IMG/VR virus record: IMGVR_UViG_3300028591_000091 | DNA length: 64,000 bases | Direction: 5' to 3' (one strand) | DNA from: an uncultured virus (IMG/VR IMGVR_UViG_3300028591_000091) | Taxonomy: Duplodnaviria > Heunggongvirae > Uroviricota > Caudoviricetes | In this document: positions 52,311 to 63,317 of the stretch, piece by piece | How positions within the stretch are numbered: position 1 is the first letter of the stretch | How the letters are laid out: each line of letters begins with the position of its first letter | Translations under genes and position numbers: made by a program | The notes under the pieces: generated by a model | Seen by the model: the letters and a program-made list of their open reading frames with translations, nothing else | Told to the model about the DNA's origin: nothing | The model's database searches: none

Positions 52311-52400
52311 AATTTCTTATTGGGGAGTTCTTTAGCCTCCCCTCTTTAATAAGGCCTTCACGGGTTTTGTCTCCACTTTTGAAAAAAAAATATTAACCTT

Positions 52401-53332
52401 TTATAAGATTAATATATGTTCCTTGTCATTAGTTGTTACAGGATAGAAACCAATTTTTCCTCTAATCATTTTTATAATTAAGTCTAGTTCCTCCGATAAA
52501 GTATCCTCTGTAATTGTTATATTTACCTGGACTCCATCATTGCATATTGATATGTAGTCTCTTTTCTTAGAGATAACAACATTAACTTCATTACTTAGAT
52601 ATATTTTATTTTCAGAATGATTATTTCTATATAAAGTAACTTTCTTATATTTATTATGTCCAAATACCTTAAATCTTCTCCATCTAATTATTTTAATATT
52701 ATCTGGTACATCAATTAAGAAGAATAAGTTAGAAAAGCCTACTGAAGGATAATAGTAGAGAATAGGAATTATTGAAGAAGGATGTACTGTACTGGAGAGA
52801 AAATTCATTACTGTTGAAAACTCTTGCCCAGACTTTAATGTACCATAATAGAATAGACCTTTCATAGTAACAACACTTGCTCTTTAGTAATAAATTCAGG
52901 AGGAAATATATAAAGTTCTTCTCTTGCTAATTTCATCATTAGCTCTCTTTCTTCTGAGTTGAAATTTGTTGGGATAAATATAATTTTTGAATTAAAGTTT
53001 ATCCATCCAGAGTTTCTTCTATTAAATGTGTTATGGAAATCATAATATACTTTTTCTGAAAAACATACTTTTTCTGAATTATCAAAAGAAGGTATGGGTA
53101 TGAGTTTATATAGCGTAATATTTTTATATTTGTTATACCATGGAAGTCTAAATTTTTTCCATTTAATCATCACATTATTTGGCATATTATCCATTAAAAA
53201 ATATATCCCTATCTGATCATTATAATAAGTAAAAATTAATGATAATCCTGGTGCTGTTGGTATAAGGTTTTGGTTTAACTTAGTTATTAATTTTTCATAT
53301 TTTATAGTTTCAAAATAATATAGACTTTTCAC
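52401..53332 (-). CDS. Two tandem paralogues (52401..52865, 52862..53332)
   Basis: Shared MK.L.Y..T.K, W..F.....NKYK..TLY, SEE..L and KE.(I/V)L motifs. Confidence 0.75.
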
Positions 53333-53510
53333 ACTAGTAAGGGTTTAGGCGGGTTCTATTAGGCGTGTTAAATTTTAGGGAAGAGAAAATCTACGCATTT
53401 AAATTCCTTCCCTATTTCCCTACACGCCAATCATTTTTACACAAGTTATTATAAGGCGTAAAAAAAAAGACGTACCGGAAATATGATACGCCTTATTCTT
53501 TTCTTGTGTT

Positions 53511-53978
53511 TTATGTCTCCCGCCTATTTTTAACTAGTGTATCTAATAGTTCTAGCCTATTATACTCTCTACACCACATCATAAAATTCAAGGAGATCAG
53601 TATTAAGCAGATAGTTCCAGCTAATAAAACAAAAGAAACCTCTCTATCTATTACAGAGTTTATTAAAGTGAATATATAGAAAGGATACCACCAAAGTAAG
53701 AACCCTGTATAAAAGAGACCAAAAATTCCTTTATGTACTCGGCCTAATATTCTGAGACATAGGAAAGGACATAAGAAAGATAAAGTTCCTATTCTATTAG
53801 GGTCTTTAAAATTGCACTCTTTTAAACTTTTCCTAAATGTTCTCTCCGTTAGATTTTTCTCACAGTCAATAATAGCAGTATAAAATTCTTTCCAGTATAT
53901 TCCAAATATATACTTAGAGTTTCCTTTCCCTATAATTTCCTCTGTAAGAATTTTTATTTCATTAAAACTTATGTTCAT
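53511..53978 (-). CDS. Membrane protein
   Basis: Hydrophobic segments in the C-terminal half. Confidence 0.65.
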   Translation of the reverse strand: MNISFNEIKILTEEIIGKGNSKYIFGIYWKEFYTAIIDCEKNLTERTFRKSLKECNFKDPNRIGTLSFLCPFLCLRILGRVHKGIFGLFYTGFLLWWYPFYIFTLINSVIDREVSFVLLAGTICLILISLNFMMWCREYNRLELLDTLVKNRRET

Positions 53979-54870
53979 ATACTAACCTCCTAAATGTTTC
54001 CTGATTTATATTGCAACCTGCGGCACAAGCATGACCTCCTCCTCCATATTTTTCTTTCAGATATTCTCCACATGAAAATCCGTTAAGATTTTTACTAGGC
54101 TCTGTATACATGCTTACCGAAATCTGTGAAGCATTATTTCTAACCTGAATTACTATAAAAAGATCATACTTTGGAAGAACTGAATCAAAGACAATAGAAC
54201 CAGTCATAGGAGTAATCATAGCTATTCCTTTAAGACCATCTCCTACCGTAACATCAAACCCGCAATTTTGAACCCACGATACTGAAATATGCTGGATCCA
54301 ACCATAGATAATATTTCCTTTATCCATAACCCATTCACAATCCTCTAACAGATTATCCCATGAAGCTTCTATTTTTCTAGGAGATAATCCATATTCATCT
54401 TTTAGGCCAAATTGTAAAGGAACTATATCTTCATCCCAGTTAAATCTAGTCTTATCCCAAACATCATAAGCCCCAGCATATTGAATCATCGTGGGAATTT
54501 CTTTTGCGGGATAAAAATACTTCCAAACTAATTCACATGCGGCAGTTCCTATGGTTCGAGTTCCCAACACTTTATCATATCCTTCCGCCTTAGATTCGGC
54601 AATAGAAGTTTCATGATGATCAATCCAGGTAAATTTTCCTGATTCTGCTAGCACTTTCATTTGATCTGTAGGGAGACAAACATCAACCACCAAAATTCCC
54701 TGATACTTAGAAATTTTATTTTCAACATCTATAAGATCGTCCCCATAATTCCATCCAAAAATATCAGCCCTTACTCCCTTAGATTCATAATATTTTTTGG
54801 CAATTATAGCAGAAAATATTCCATCATAATCTGCTCGATGATAAATAATTAAAATTTTTCTCTGATCCAT
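53962..54870 (-). CDS. DHH/DHHA1 phosphoesterase (NrnA/NrnB-like)
   Basis: YHRADYDG, VVD, WIDHH, AACEL, GGGGHACAAG. Confidence 0.92.
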   Translation of the reverse strand: MDQRKILIIYHRADYDGIFSAIIAKKYYESKGVRADIFGWNYGDDLIDVENKISKYQGILVVDVCLPTDQMKVLAESGKFTWIDHHETSIAESKAEGYDKVLGTRTIGTAACELVWKYFYPAKEIPTMIQYAGAYDVWDKTRFNWDEDIVPLQFGLKDEYGLSPRKIEASWDNLLEDCEWVMDKGNIIYGWIQHISVSWVQNCGFDVTVGDGLKGIAMITPMTGSIVFDSVLPKYDLFIVIQVRNNASQISVSMYTEPSKNLNGFSCGEYLKEKYGGGGHACAAGCNINQETFRRLVYEHKF

Positions 54871-55198
54871 CTTTCTATTGTTTTTCTAATATATTTATAT
54901 AATTATTATCCATAGTTATTTATCATAAACTTTCATACTTATATAAGGATTTTCGCCCCTATACACATACAAAATCCTTATTATTGTAATATGAAATATG
55001 GAAAACGAATTATTAGAGAAGCCATAAATAAGTTTCCATACGATCAGGGAGCTACAAGAAAAGACTTATTATTAGCGATAAAAAGAATAACTCCCAGCAA
55101 AGAAGGTATATTTGGTTTATGGATAATAAAAATTCATTATATCCTATCTTACTTTCCTAAATAAAAAGGAAGAATTTATTATTTTAGACGAGTAAAAA

Positions 55199-55897
55199 AT
55201 GAATAGAAGATTATTTTTTGTTGGAGATATACATGGAAATTTCAGAGAAATGATCTGGAAGGCTACACAGCAATATAAGATTAGGGATGCAGATCTTATT
55301 ATTCTTGGAGACTTTGGTGTTGGGTTTGATAATAAGTTAAAGTACGATTATGCTAGAACTAAGAATCGATTGGAGAAATTTAATTTGGAAATTTATACAA
55401 TAAGAGGAAATCATGATGATCCAAAATTCTTTAAAGACGATGACAACGATTTTTCTAAGGAGCTAAAAGAATTATACCCCAAAATTCATTTCTTGGCTGA
55501 TCATAGAATATATAAAATTGGAAATAAAGAAATTTATACAATTGGGGGAGGAGGTTCTACTGATATATCTCTTCGAACTCCAGATAAAAACTGGTGGGAA
55601 GATGAATATATACAAGAAATCCCAATAAAAGACCTTCCTAGTAAAGTTGATATTATTATAAGCCATGAAGCTCCCTTAACTTTTGAGCCCGTAATAACAA
55701 GATTATCAGAAACTCCAGAAGATCAATATCAAAAAATATTGAGTGGAAGAAAATTTTTAGAAACAGTCCTTAAAGAGGTAAGATGTGATTATTGGTATTA
55801 TGGTCATTATCATCAGCATATCTCTGGGTCTTATGGAGAAGTATTATATAAAGGATTAGGAATTAATGAGTTTTTTGAACAATGGGTACTACAGTGA
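55199..55897 (+). CDS. Calcineurin-like metallophosphoesterase
   Basis: GDIHG, LGDFG, RGNHD, SHEAP, YGHYH. Confidence 0.92.
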   Translation: MNRRLFFVGDIHGNFREMIWKATQQYKIRDADLIILGDFGVGFDNKLKYDYARTKNRLEKFNLEIYTIRGNHDDPKFFKDDDNDFSKELKELYPKIHFLADHRIYKIGNKEIYTIGGGGSTDISLRTPDKNWWEDEYIQEIPIKDLPSKVDIIISHEAPLTFEPVITRLSETPEDQYQKILSGRKFLETVLKEVRCDYWYYGHYHQHISGSYGEVLYKGLGINEFFEQWVLQ

Positions 55898-56494
55898 CAT
55901 CTTTAAAATATAGTGACGATATATATTGTACACTAAATGATAATTTGGAAGATAGGTTAATTAAGATTCTCCTAAATGATCCATCCTCAGAAGTAAAACA
56001 AATAGCAGAAAGTTATCTTATTCAATGTATATATGATGCTACCGAAGATCCTGATAAAAATCCTATCTTACACAACTTCTTTTATAATCCAATAAGAGAA
56101 TTAAAACAAGAATTAGAAGATTTAAAAGCTGAAGTTCGTTCTTTAAAATCTGAAATTCATAGTAAAGAAGAAGATAAAGATAGACTACAACAAAGACTTG
56201 AGTTACAGGCTGAAATGTTTGGTTATAAAATTGAAAACATTGAAAGAAAACTTAGAGAAAGCGGAATTGATCTCTATTGTTAGAGATATTAAATGTGGAA
56301 AGACAGAGGATCTTGAAAAACACATTGGAAAAGAAAATTTTAAATATCTTGTTAACAAAAAATTTATATGTGTAAGTAATACTTTTCCACACTTCTGGAA
56401 GATATCTGAAAAATGTATAAAAAGAGATAGTGCACTAAAAAATAAGTGGTGTAGATTTATTGCTTTTGTATTGTGGAAATTACACATACTTTGA
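55882..56494 (+). CDS. Two hypothetical proteins (55882..56283 coiled coil; ~56198..56494)
   Basis: Overlapping ORFs. Confidence 0.6.
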
Positions 56495-56556
56495 ATATTA
56501 TAAATTGGAATTAGGTTTTACCTTTTTCCAATTTTCTTTAATTCCTTATATATATT

Positions 56557-57453
56557 ATGATAACAAAAATAATACTTAATAATTTATATGGAAGAAAAGA
56601 AATTAATGTATCGGTATCACAAAAACTATTTGACTATAAAGCCACATTCTCGGAATTGGAAGAACTTAGAGATATTATTGAAATAATTAAATCTATTCAA
56701 AATGTTTTTAAGAATGAAATTAATATAAAAATTCCATCACAGTATTATTCTTTTTCTGGATCAAAAGAATCCTCTATTGAAATACAAATGATTTGGAACG
56801 AAAAAACTTATACATACCTCTTAGTTTTTGTGGACTCTACTATTTGTATGGAAACTTTATTAGAAGGTAAATCATGGATCTTCTCTAAACTAATAGATAA
56901 TCCAGACTTTGCCTTTAATCCTTCCTATCTTAATGAAAAAGGTAAGAAATTCTATGAAATATATAAAAAAGTTCCTTCTATAAGTCTTCTATTCTGTTTT
57001 AATCCGGGGGAAGAATTATTAAATGAAATCAAAAATATTATAATAATAGATGATTGGTGGAATATTCCCTGCCATCAAGAGTTTGTGAAACGGTTTGAGA
57101 CTACATTTCCAGATCTTTCCTACAATAAATTGATAAATGAGATGATAAATAAGTTTGGTTTTTCATCAGAATATAAAAAATTAAATGAAGATAATAAATC
57201 ACTTTTATTATCTTCTATAAAATCAGATATAACGATAAACATACTTGATTCAGGGTCTGGGTTTGTATGGCTCAGTAGAATATATCCACTAATGGTAGCT
57301 TCTAAAAAAGAAAATTTATTAATGATATCTTCTATTCCTTATGATTTTCATCTTCATCCAATCCTAGGTAAAAAATTAATGACCTGGTTTTTAGAAGATA
57401 ATAATAATTTAATTATAGGAAAATTATCTAATATTTTATTGAAAAATATTTAA
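56557..57453 (+). CDS. Degenerate ABC/AAA_21-type ATPase-like protein
   Basis: MITKI.L.N start, DSGSGF signature-like motif, HLHP.L after an eroded Walker B; no Walker A. Confidence 0.45.
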   Translation: MITKIILNNLYGRKEINVSVSQKLFDYKATFSELEELRDIIEIIKSIQNVFKNEINIKIPSQYYSFSGSKESSIEIQMIWNEKTYTYLLVFVDSTICMETLLEGKSWIFSKLIDNPDFAFNPSYLNEKGKKFYEIYKKVPSISLLFCFNPGEELLNEIKNIIIIDDWWNIPCHQEFVKRFETTFPDLSYNKLINEMINKFGFSSEYKKLNEDNKSLLLSSIKSDITINILDSGSGFVWLSRIYPLMVASKKENLLMISSIPYDFHLHPILGKKLMTWFLEDNNNLIIGKLSNILLKNI

Positions 57454-57609
57454 CCGTCTATTTTCGTCTGAAACCCTTATATATATAGAAAAACTATTGT
57501 GGACAAACCAATAGTCCAGTATGGTTTGTTTTGTTAACTTTGGGGATGGATAGAAAGAGGAGATCCGTCCCCTTTTTTTTATTTTTGGAAGGCTGAAACC
57601 CTTATACGT

Positions 57610-57683
57610 GTGATATATTCTGTTTCATAATAAAATAATGTTTTGGGAGAGTACGGTTTGAGAAAAATAGTACTCTCTTTTTT
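57610..57683 (+). ncRNA. Small RNA unit 2 (variable 5' + conserved hairpin)
   Basis: GAGAGTAC-GGTTTGAGAAAAATA-GTACTCTC-TTTTTT. Confidence 0.6.
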
Positions 57684-57717
57684 CTTCCGTCTATAAAACG
57701 CCGAAAGCCTTATTTAT

Positions 57718-57776
57718 GTTATTAGATTTGAAGGTTATATTGGGAGCGTCGTTTGTGAAAATAGCGCTCCTTTTTT
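57718..57776 (+). ncRNA. Small RNA unit 3
   Basis: GGAGCG-TCGTTTGTGAAAATAG-CGCTCC-TTTTTT. Confidence 0.6.
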
Positions 57777-57799
57777 ATCGCCTCAAATCCTTATATATA

Positions 57800-57873
57800 T
57801 ATATTGTATAGATGAATTATCTTTAATTAATTGTGGAAGAGTACGGTTTGTGAAAATAGTACTCTTTTTTTTT
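57800..57873 (+). ncRNA. Small RNA unit 4
   Basis: AAGAGTAC-GGTTTGTGAAAATA-GTACTCTT-T run. Confidence 0.6.
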
Positions 57874-58153
57874 CTTACGATTATTTTCACCTCAAATCCT
57901 TATATATGTAGAAAAATCTTGATATAGATTTGAACTACAAGATGTAAAAGTAACGCGCAAAAGAGTTTGGTCTCTTATGCCGATCAAGAGTTGAAGTTTC
58001 GCACACAAACTAAAACTTTACTTTAACATCTCACCTTAAAATCGAGGCAAAAAGTGTGTTTAAGGGTTGACCGTCTGAAAAAGGCTGAAACCCTTATATA
58101 TGTAATAATATTTTAGAAACAATTTATTTATTAACAATTCAAATCAAGGACTT

Positions 58154-58393
58154 ATGTATAACGAAGAAAACAACACAGTGAGTGTTAACGAACCTATGAC
58201 GGTTCAAGTAGAGAACAAGGAGTCAATGGCTGAAAAAGTCAAAATGGTTATGACGAACAAGAATGTCTTGGTTGGACTCGGCACAATTATTGTAGCAGGA
58301 GCAGTCTATTACGGATATCGTTTCTGGAAAGCTCGCAAAGCTGCTGCGCCGTGCAACAACCAGAACGACAACAAAGAGAACGTGACTAAATAA
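58154..58393 (+). CDS. Small single-TM protein
   Basis: VLVGLGTIIVAGAVYYGYRFWK; own promoter and terminator (~58410-58455). Confidence 0.75.
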   Translation: MYNEENNTVSVNEPMTVQVENKESMAEKVKMVMTNKNVLVGLGTIIVAGAVYYGYRFWKARKAAAPCNNQNDNKENVTK

Positions 58394-58499
58394 ACACGAC
58401 TCCATAATTCAGGGGATGGCCACCATTAAGGTCGTCCCTTTTATTTTTTTTTTTGAAAAAGAAAGAACTTAGAAATTATACCTAAGCTCTTTTTATTTT

Positions 58500-59311
58500 T
58501 TATGTCCATTCATTATCTAGTCTAAAAAAATTGGACTGACATGGGCCTACCACTTTTCCATCCTCCGTTCTAAAAAGTCGTAAACAATATCTGATTGGGT
58601 CTATATTTCTTGCTCTTATGTTTATTTGAATAGACCCCTTGTTTGTTATTACTATTTTCTTCATGCCTCGTTTATCTTCATCTTCTATAAAATTAACTTC
58701 TATTCTATAAACCCGATAAAAGAAATCAAGGGCCGGTTCTTTTCCATCCCAACCGAGGGCAGCTAATTTTAATATTTTCATTGTTAAGTCCATTCTGTTT
58801 CTTCTTTTAATGTCTTTGTAAAAATAGAAGTACTAGGACCTACCACTTTTCCATCCTTCATTTCAAAAAACTCTAACATTGTTTTCAGAACTTCTTTCAT
58901 AAGAATATATTTAGATCGTTCATCTTGATTCCTTACGCTTATCGATATAAATTTTGATAATTCTACATGATCTAAAATGATATATGATTCAAGAAGATCT
59001 CCATTACCCCCGGATATCATGCATCCTTGATAATGATGACGAGTATATGAGATATTATACTCAAACTCCATCCAATCTATTATCTCTCTAATATCATTTG
59101 GTCCTGTATAACCAAGATCAACCACTTTTAGCCAAATTTCTTCTTCTGATATCATAAAGAAATCAGAATCTGTTTCTTTTATTGATTCTAATATCCAAAA
59201 ATAATTATTAACCTCAGGATCAAAGTATAATGATTTGTCCGAATTAAATAATAGTTCATTCATATCTTCTTTTGATAAACAATAAATTCTTTCCCTAATA
59301 TGATACTTCAT
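58500..59311 (-). CDS. Two paralogues (58500..58793, 58784..59311)
   Basis: Shared DGKVVGP..S.F and terminal EWT. Confidence 0.7.
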
Positions 59312-59622
59312 TTTTTATCCGTTAAAAAGTAGAAATAATGTTGTATACTATCTATTATTAATTCTTTCAAATACCCTCCTACTTCTATTTGAATTGTCTT
59401 TAATATTTCAACATTTTTTGATTCTTTAATCTCTTTTTTAGAAATATACCAATCAAAATTATAGGTTAAAGTTCTTATAATCTGTTTCGTTTTGTAAAGA
59501 GTCTTTCCCTCTAAAGTACCATAAATAATAAATCTATTAATAGATTTGGTACTAATCCCATAAAATATTAAATCGTTAAATTCATCATATTTAACTCTAA
59601 ATTTAAAAAATTCTATTATCAT
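59308..59622 (-). CDS. Hypothetical protein
   Basis: ORF a few nt after CCTTATATTTG. Confidence 0.65.
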   Translation of the reverse strand: MIIEFFKFRVKYDEFNDLIFYGISTKSINRFIIYGTLEGKTLYKTKQIIRTLTYNFDWYISKKEIKESKNVEILKTIQIEVGGYLKELIIDSIQHYFYFLTDKK

Positions 59623-59646
59623 TTCTCAAATATAAGGCAATCAAAG

Positions 59647-60036
59647 TTTGACAGTTGAGAGGCTATAATTATCAAGGTTATAAAAGCTGTAATGGAAATG
59701 CTTTATTCGTTATTTAGACAAAGCTAAATAACTACGTTTACACAAAGCATAGTTCTGAGGTTAAGCCTTCCCGTGGCCACTCCAAAGTTGTCCAGAAATT
59801 ATTCGTTAACACTCATAATTTTGGTCAGACTTTATCGAACCCTTAACCTCTCAATTTCAATTCCCCTTCCACTACGTTACAGGGTAAGAAATTGAAAGAT
59901 TCCCCTATTCCTATTTTCCTATTTTTTCAGGCTATATTAGATCTAACAAAATTCTCAAGTTAAAATTAGGAAAACACACCTCATAAAGGCTTAACGCCTT
60001 ATGAGTGTAGTTAATAAAGGCTTCTCAACTGTCAAA
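59647..60036. other. Conserved structured non-coding element upstream of helicase-like copy B
   Basis: Flanking inverted repeat TTTGACAGTTGAGA/TCTCAACTGTCAAA; core motifs shared with 18442..18831. Confidence 0.7.
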
Positions 60037-60134
60037 AAGTAAGTGTTGTAGAAACCTTAAAATACACGAAGTGGATTTTACGAGAGACTGAGGCATAAGC
60101 CCAGACTCTCAGTTATTTAATAAATTATAATGAT

Positions 60135-62288
60135 ATGGAAAAACATAAAATTATTGTACCTAAAGGAATTAGGTATATTGGCGAAAAGAAAGATAATGGA
60201 GAATATCTATGGAATACATTTAGACTAGAAAATTATAAAGGTCCTTATATTCTAAACAAAACTCTTACAGGTTGTGGATTTACCGAATATTGTCTTACAA
60301 ACGATCAAGATATAATTTTAATATCTCCTCGTCGATTTCTTCTTGAAAATAAAGAAGATCAACATAAAAATGAAGTTTATTATTTCAGAAATGATAATGA
60401 AGTTTCCGTTGATTTTGAATTTGATGTAGAGAAGGATGATATCAAAGCTATTCAGGAAAAAGCAGAAGAAAGTGAAGAATCTAAAAATAAAACTTTAGAA
60501 AACTTAGAATATATTAAAGGAAAACTTAGATCTGCATATTCTGATTTTAAAAGAGAAAATCCTAAGAAAGGTTTTAAGGTACTAGTTACTTATGATTCTT
60601 TCAAGCATGTAAAAGACGTTTTTAAGAATATTCCAAAAAATGAAGAAGGAGATAGCACAGAATTATTGGAAACAGAATTTGATAACTTCTTTTTAGTGGT
60701 TGATGAATTTCAATCAATCTTCATAGATGCTAAATTTAAATCTGAAGCTGAAATTGAGTTACTAAAACAATTAGAAGGAGAGAATAATCTTTGTTTTGTC
60801 AGCGCTACTCCAATGTTAGATCGTTATTTAGAAATGTTGGATGAATTTAAGGATCTACCCTATTATGAGCTGGATTGGTCAACAGAAGATCCAGGAAGAG
60901 TAACAAAACCTAAATTAGATATCAAATTTACAAGAAATCTGAATGAGGAAGCTAAAGCTGTAATTCATAGCTATAAAAATGGTAAATATGATATTAGAAT
61001 TAATTCGAACACTAAAGAGGTGATAGAATCTAAAGAGGCGGTCTTATTCTTCAATTCGGTAGCTGGTATTTGTCAAGTAATACGAACTAATAGATTACAC
61101 CTGGAAGATTGTAATGTGATTTGTGCTGATACTACTAAAAACAGTGAAGTGGTTAGGAAAGCTTTTAATGAGGTTTTAAAGAAAGAAGCAGAAGAAAAAG
61201 GATTAACTCCTAAATATTTTAAAAAGACAGATAAACTAATAGGTAGGATTCCAGTCAAAGGAGAACCCCACAAAATGTTTACTTTTTGTACTAGAACTGT
61301 ATACCTTGGAGCAGATTTCTATTCCACTAACGCTAGAACTTTTGTGTTCAGTGATGCTAACATTGATTGTCTTTCTGTAGACATATCAATGGACTTAGAA
61401 CAGATACTTGGAAGGCAGAGATTAATAGAAAACCCTTGGAAAGATTACGCTAAGGTTTTCATAAGAACTCTGTCTAAAAAGAATGTTATAACTTCTGATA
61501 GGTATTATGCTAAGTTAAATGGGAAAAAAAGGACAACCGAAAACCTTCTAGCTTCATATATTGAAGTTGATCCTAGTAGAAGAAAAGATCTAGCCAGAAC
61601 TTATTTAAAGGTAGCTAAGATGTGTCATTATAAAGACGATTATGTATCAGTGAGAGTTATAAAAGATTGGAAGACGGGAGAGGTAAAAGAATTTATCCCA
61701 GAATTTAACAATCTTATGATGATTTCTGATATGAGAGCTTTCGAGGTTCAGCAAATAGACTATAAAGATAGATTTACAGTATTTTCTACAGTAAACCAGA
61801 ATGGATTTGAAGGTTCTACACCTAAATCACAAGAATTAGCTGAAAGGTTTAATAATATTGGAGACACTACTAAAAAATTAAGGATGTTAGTAGAAATTAG
61901 TGAAGATAAAACACTAATAGAAAAAGATATTGATTCTTTTCTAGAGTTGATTCCGCCAAAGTATAAAGATTATTTTCAGATAGTAGGTCCCGATATCATC
62001 AAAGCTTGTGGTTGTTTTGAATGTGAGGTGAAGAAAAGATGGAGGCAAGAAATTAAAGGAGATGATTATAATGAACAGGTAATTTCTAGGATGGGTGATT
62101 TATTCAAAGTAGGAAATAAATATTCAAAATCTGGTATAAAAGATTCTCTAAAAAAGTTATATCAAGAATTAGGATATAATAAGACGGCGAAAGCTACGGA
62201 CCTAGAAGTGTTGTATGTTATGAAAGCCATTAAGGTATTAGAAGAAGGTAAATGGGTACATGGCTTTGAAATATTAGGAAGGAGGTAG
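60135..62288 (+). CDS. SF2 helicase-like protein, copy B
   Basis: Same motifs as 16192..18333 with long identical blocks such as SVDISMDLEQILGRQRLIENPWK. Confidence 0.8.
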   Translation: MEKHKIIVPKGIRYIGEKKDNGEYLWNTFRLENYKGPYILNKTLTGCGFTEYCLTNDQDIILISPRRFLLENKEDQHKNEVYYFRNDNEVSVDFEFDVEKDDIKAIQEKAEESEESKNKTLENLEYIKGKLRSAYSDFKRENPKKGFKVLVTYDSFKHVKDVFKNIPKNEEGDSTELLETEFDNFFLVVDEFQSIFIDAKFKSEAEIELLKQLEGENNLCFVSATPMLDRYLEMLDEFKDLPYYELDWSTEDPGRVTKPKLDIKFTRNLNEEAKAVIHSYKNGKYDIRINSNTKEVIESKEAVLFFNSVAGICQVIRTNRLHLEDCNVICADTTKNSEVVRKAFNEVLKKEAEEKGLTPKYFKKTDKLIGRIPVKGEPHKMFTFCTRTVYLGADFYSTNARTFVFSDANIDCLSVDISMDLEQILGRQRLIENPWKDYAKVFIRTLSKKNVITSDRYYAKLNGKKRTTENLLASYIEVDPSRRKDLARTYLKVAKMCHYKDDYVSVRVIKDWKTGEVKEFIPEFNNLMMISDMRAFEVQQIDYKDRFTVFSTVNQNGFEGSTPKSQELAERFNNIGDTTKKLRMLVEISEDKTLIEKDIDSFLELIPPKYKDYFQIVGPDIIKACGCFECEVKKRWRQEIKGDDYNEQVISRMGDLFKVGNKYSKSGIKDSLKKLYQELGYNKTAKATDLEVLYVMKAIKVLEEGKWVHGFEILGRR

Positions 62289-62289
62289 A

Positions 62290-63062
62290 ATGTTTAAAAG
62301 AGAATTTAGAGATATGTTAGGAAGGGTAGTTAAAGTTGATGATATTTTAGTCTACTGTTCCCCTTTCGATGGTCTTCATGCTTTATTAGTAACCCAAGAA
62401 GATCCCGATGGTTTATTATATGTCAGTCCTTTAAAGTCGGATCGTTTAGATGAGGGTGAAGAATGGTTTCAGGCTTTTGATGCTCCTACTTATTGTTGGG
62501 ATATTCTAGAAAGAGCGATTAGACATATAAAAGTTAGTAGGAGATGTTTTCCAATAGATCTTTATAGTGATTATATTATTCTGGAAGATATAGATGAGAA
62601 AACGAAAATTGTAGGAACTTCAAGATTAGCAAAAATATGTTAGTACGTCATAAATCGAAAGCTTGTCCTGGTCATTATTATTACCGAGAAGAATCAGACC
62701 CAGACACTTGGTATTACGATAAATTTGGAAGAAAACCTAGACTTGGAGATTATTTTGTTTATACTCAGATAGACTCCAACGGTATTCATCATCTTCATTT
62801 TGGTGTGATCTATTTACAGAGTCATATCATAAAAGAGAGGGATCCGATAACTGGGAAACCTATATGGGTGATAACAATTCTTCATTATGCTAGAGTTCGT
62901 AGTTCACCTGTTCCACATAAAGGGGAGAAGTTAGTGAAAACTTTAGAAAATGGTTTGTCCTTATTTTCTCCTTTCTATGAATTAAGCAGTGTAAGATCTG
63001 AAAATGGGATTGTCCTTTTAAAGCCAGAGGTAGTAACTGGTGCTTTTCCGAATCTAAGATAA
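62290..63062 (+). CDS. Two hypothetical proteins (62290..62643, 62637..63062)
   Basis: Overlapping ORFs; both have D..GR....(D/G)D..VY. Confidence 0.7.
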
Positions 63063-63317
63063 AAATGGAGGGAAGAGAAAGGCGTAAAATAGAGGCGCGA
63101 GTTTGTTATACTTACTCCGTCTTTATTTTTATTCTCGCGCTAATTTTCAAGGCCAGGAAATTCTTGCTTTCGCTTTCTAAGATTTGGCCTTTATCACCAT
63201 CACGCCTTGTTTAGATCCCTCCATATTATCATTTTGCCCTTTTATCCCCTCTCAAACCTTATACTTGTGGAAGGGCTTATGACTCTTCCTGGATATTATT
63301 AATTTAAAAATGATATT

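Larger units (their letters stand above)
57468..58102 (+). repeat. Tandem array of six promoter motifs separating short non-coding transcription units
   Basis: AAAnCCTTAT at ~57471, 57596, 57704, 57785, 57894, 58088; units 1-4 end in hairpin + T-run. Confidence 0.8.

Noticed and set aside
57468..58102. CRISPR array
   Set aside because: Repeats are not identical or evenly spaced, each unit has its own promoter and terminator, and no cas genes are present
59647..60036. IS element or MITE defined by the 14-bp inverted repeat
   Set aside because: No transposase or target-site duplication seen, and the equivalent IR in copy A has a different sequence; kept as a structural feature
16192..62288. 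Assembly duplication or large inverted repeat explaining the two helicase-like genes
   Set aside because: The copies differ at many amino acids and have unrelated flanking genes, indicating true paralogues
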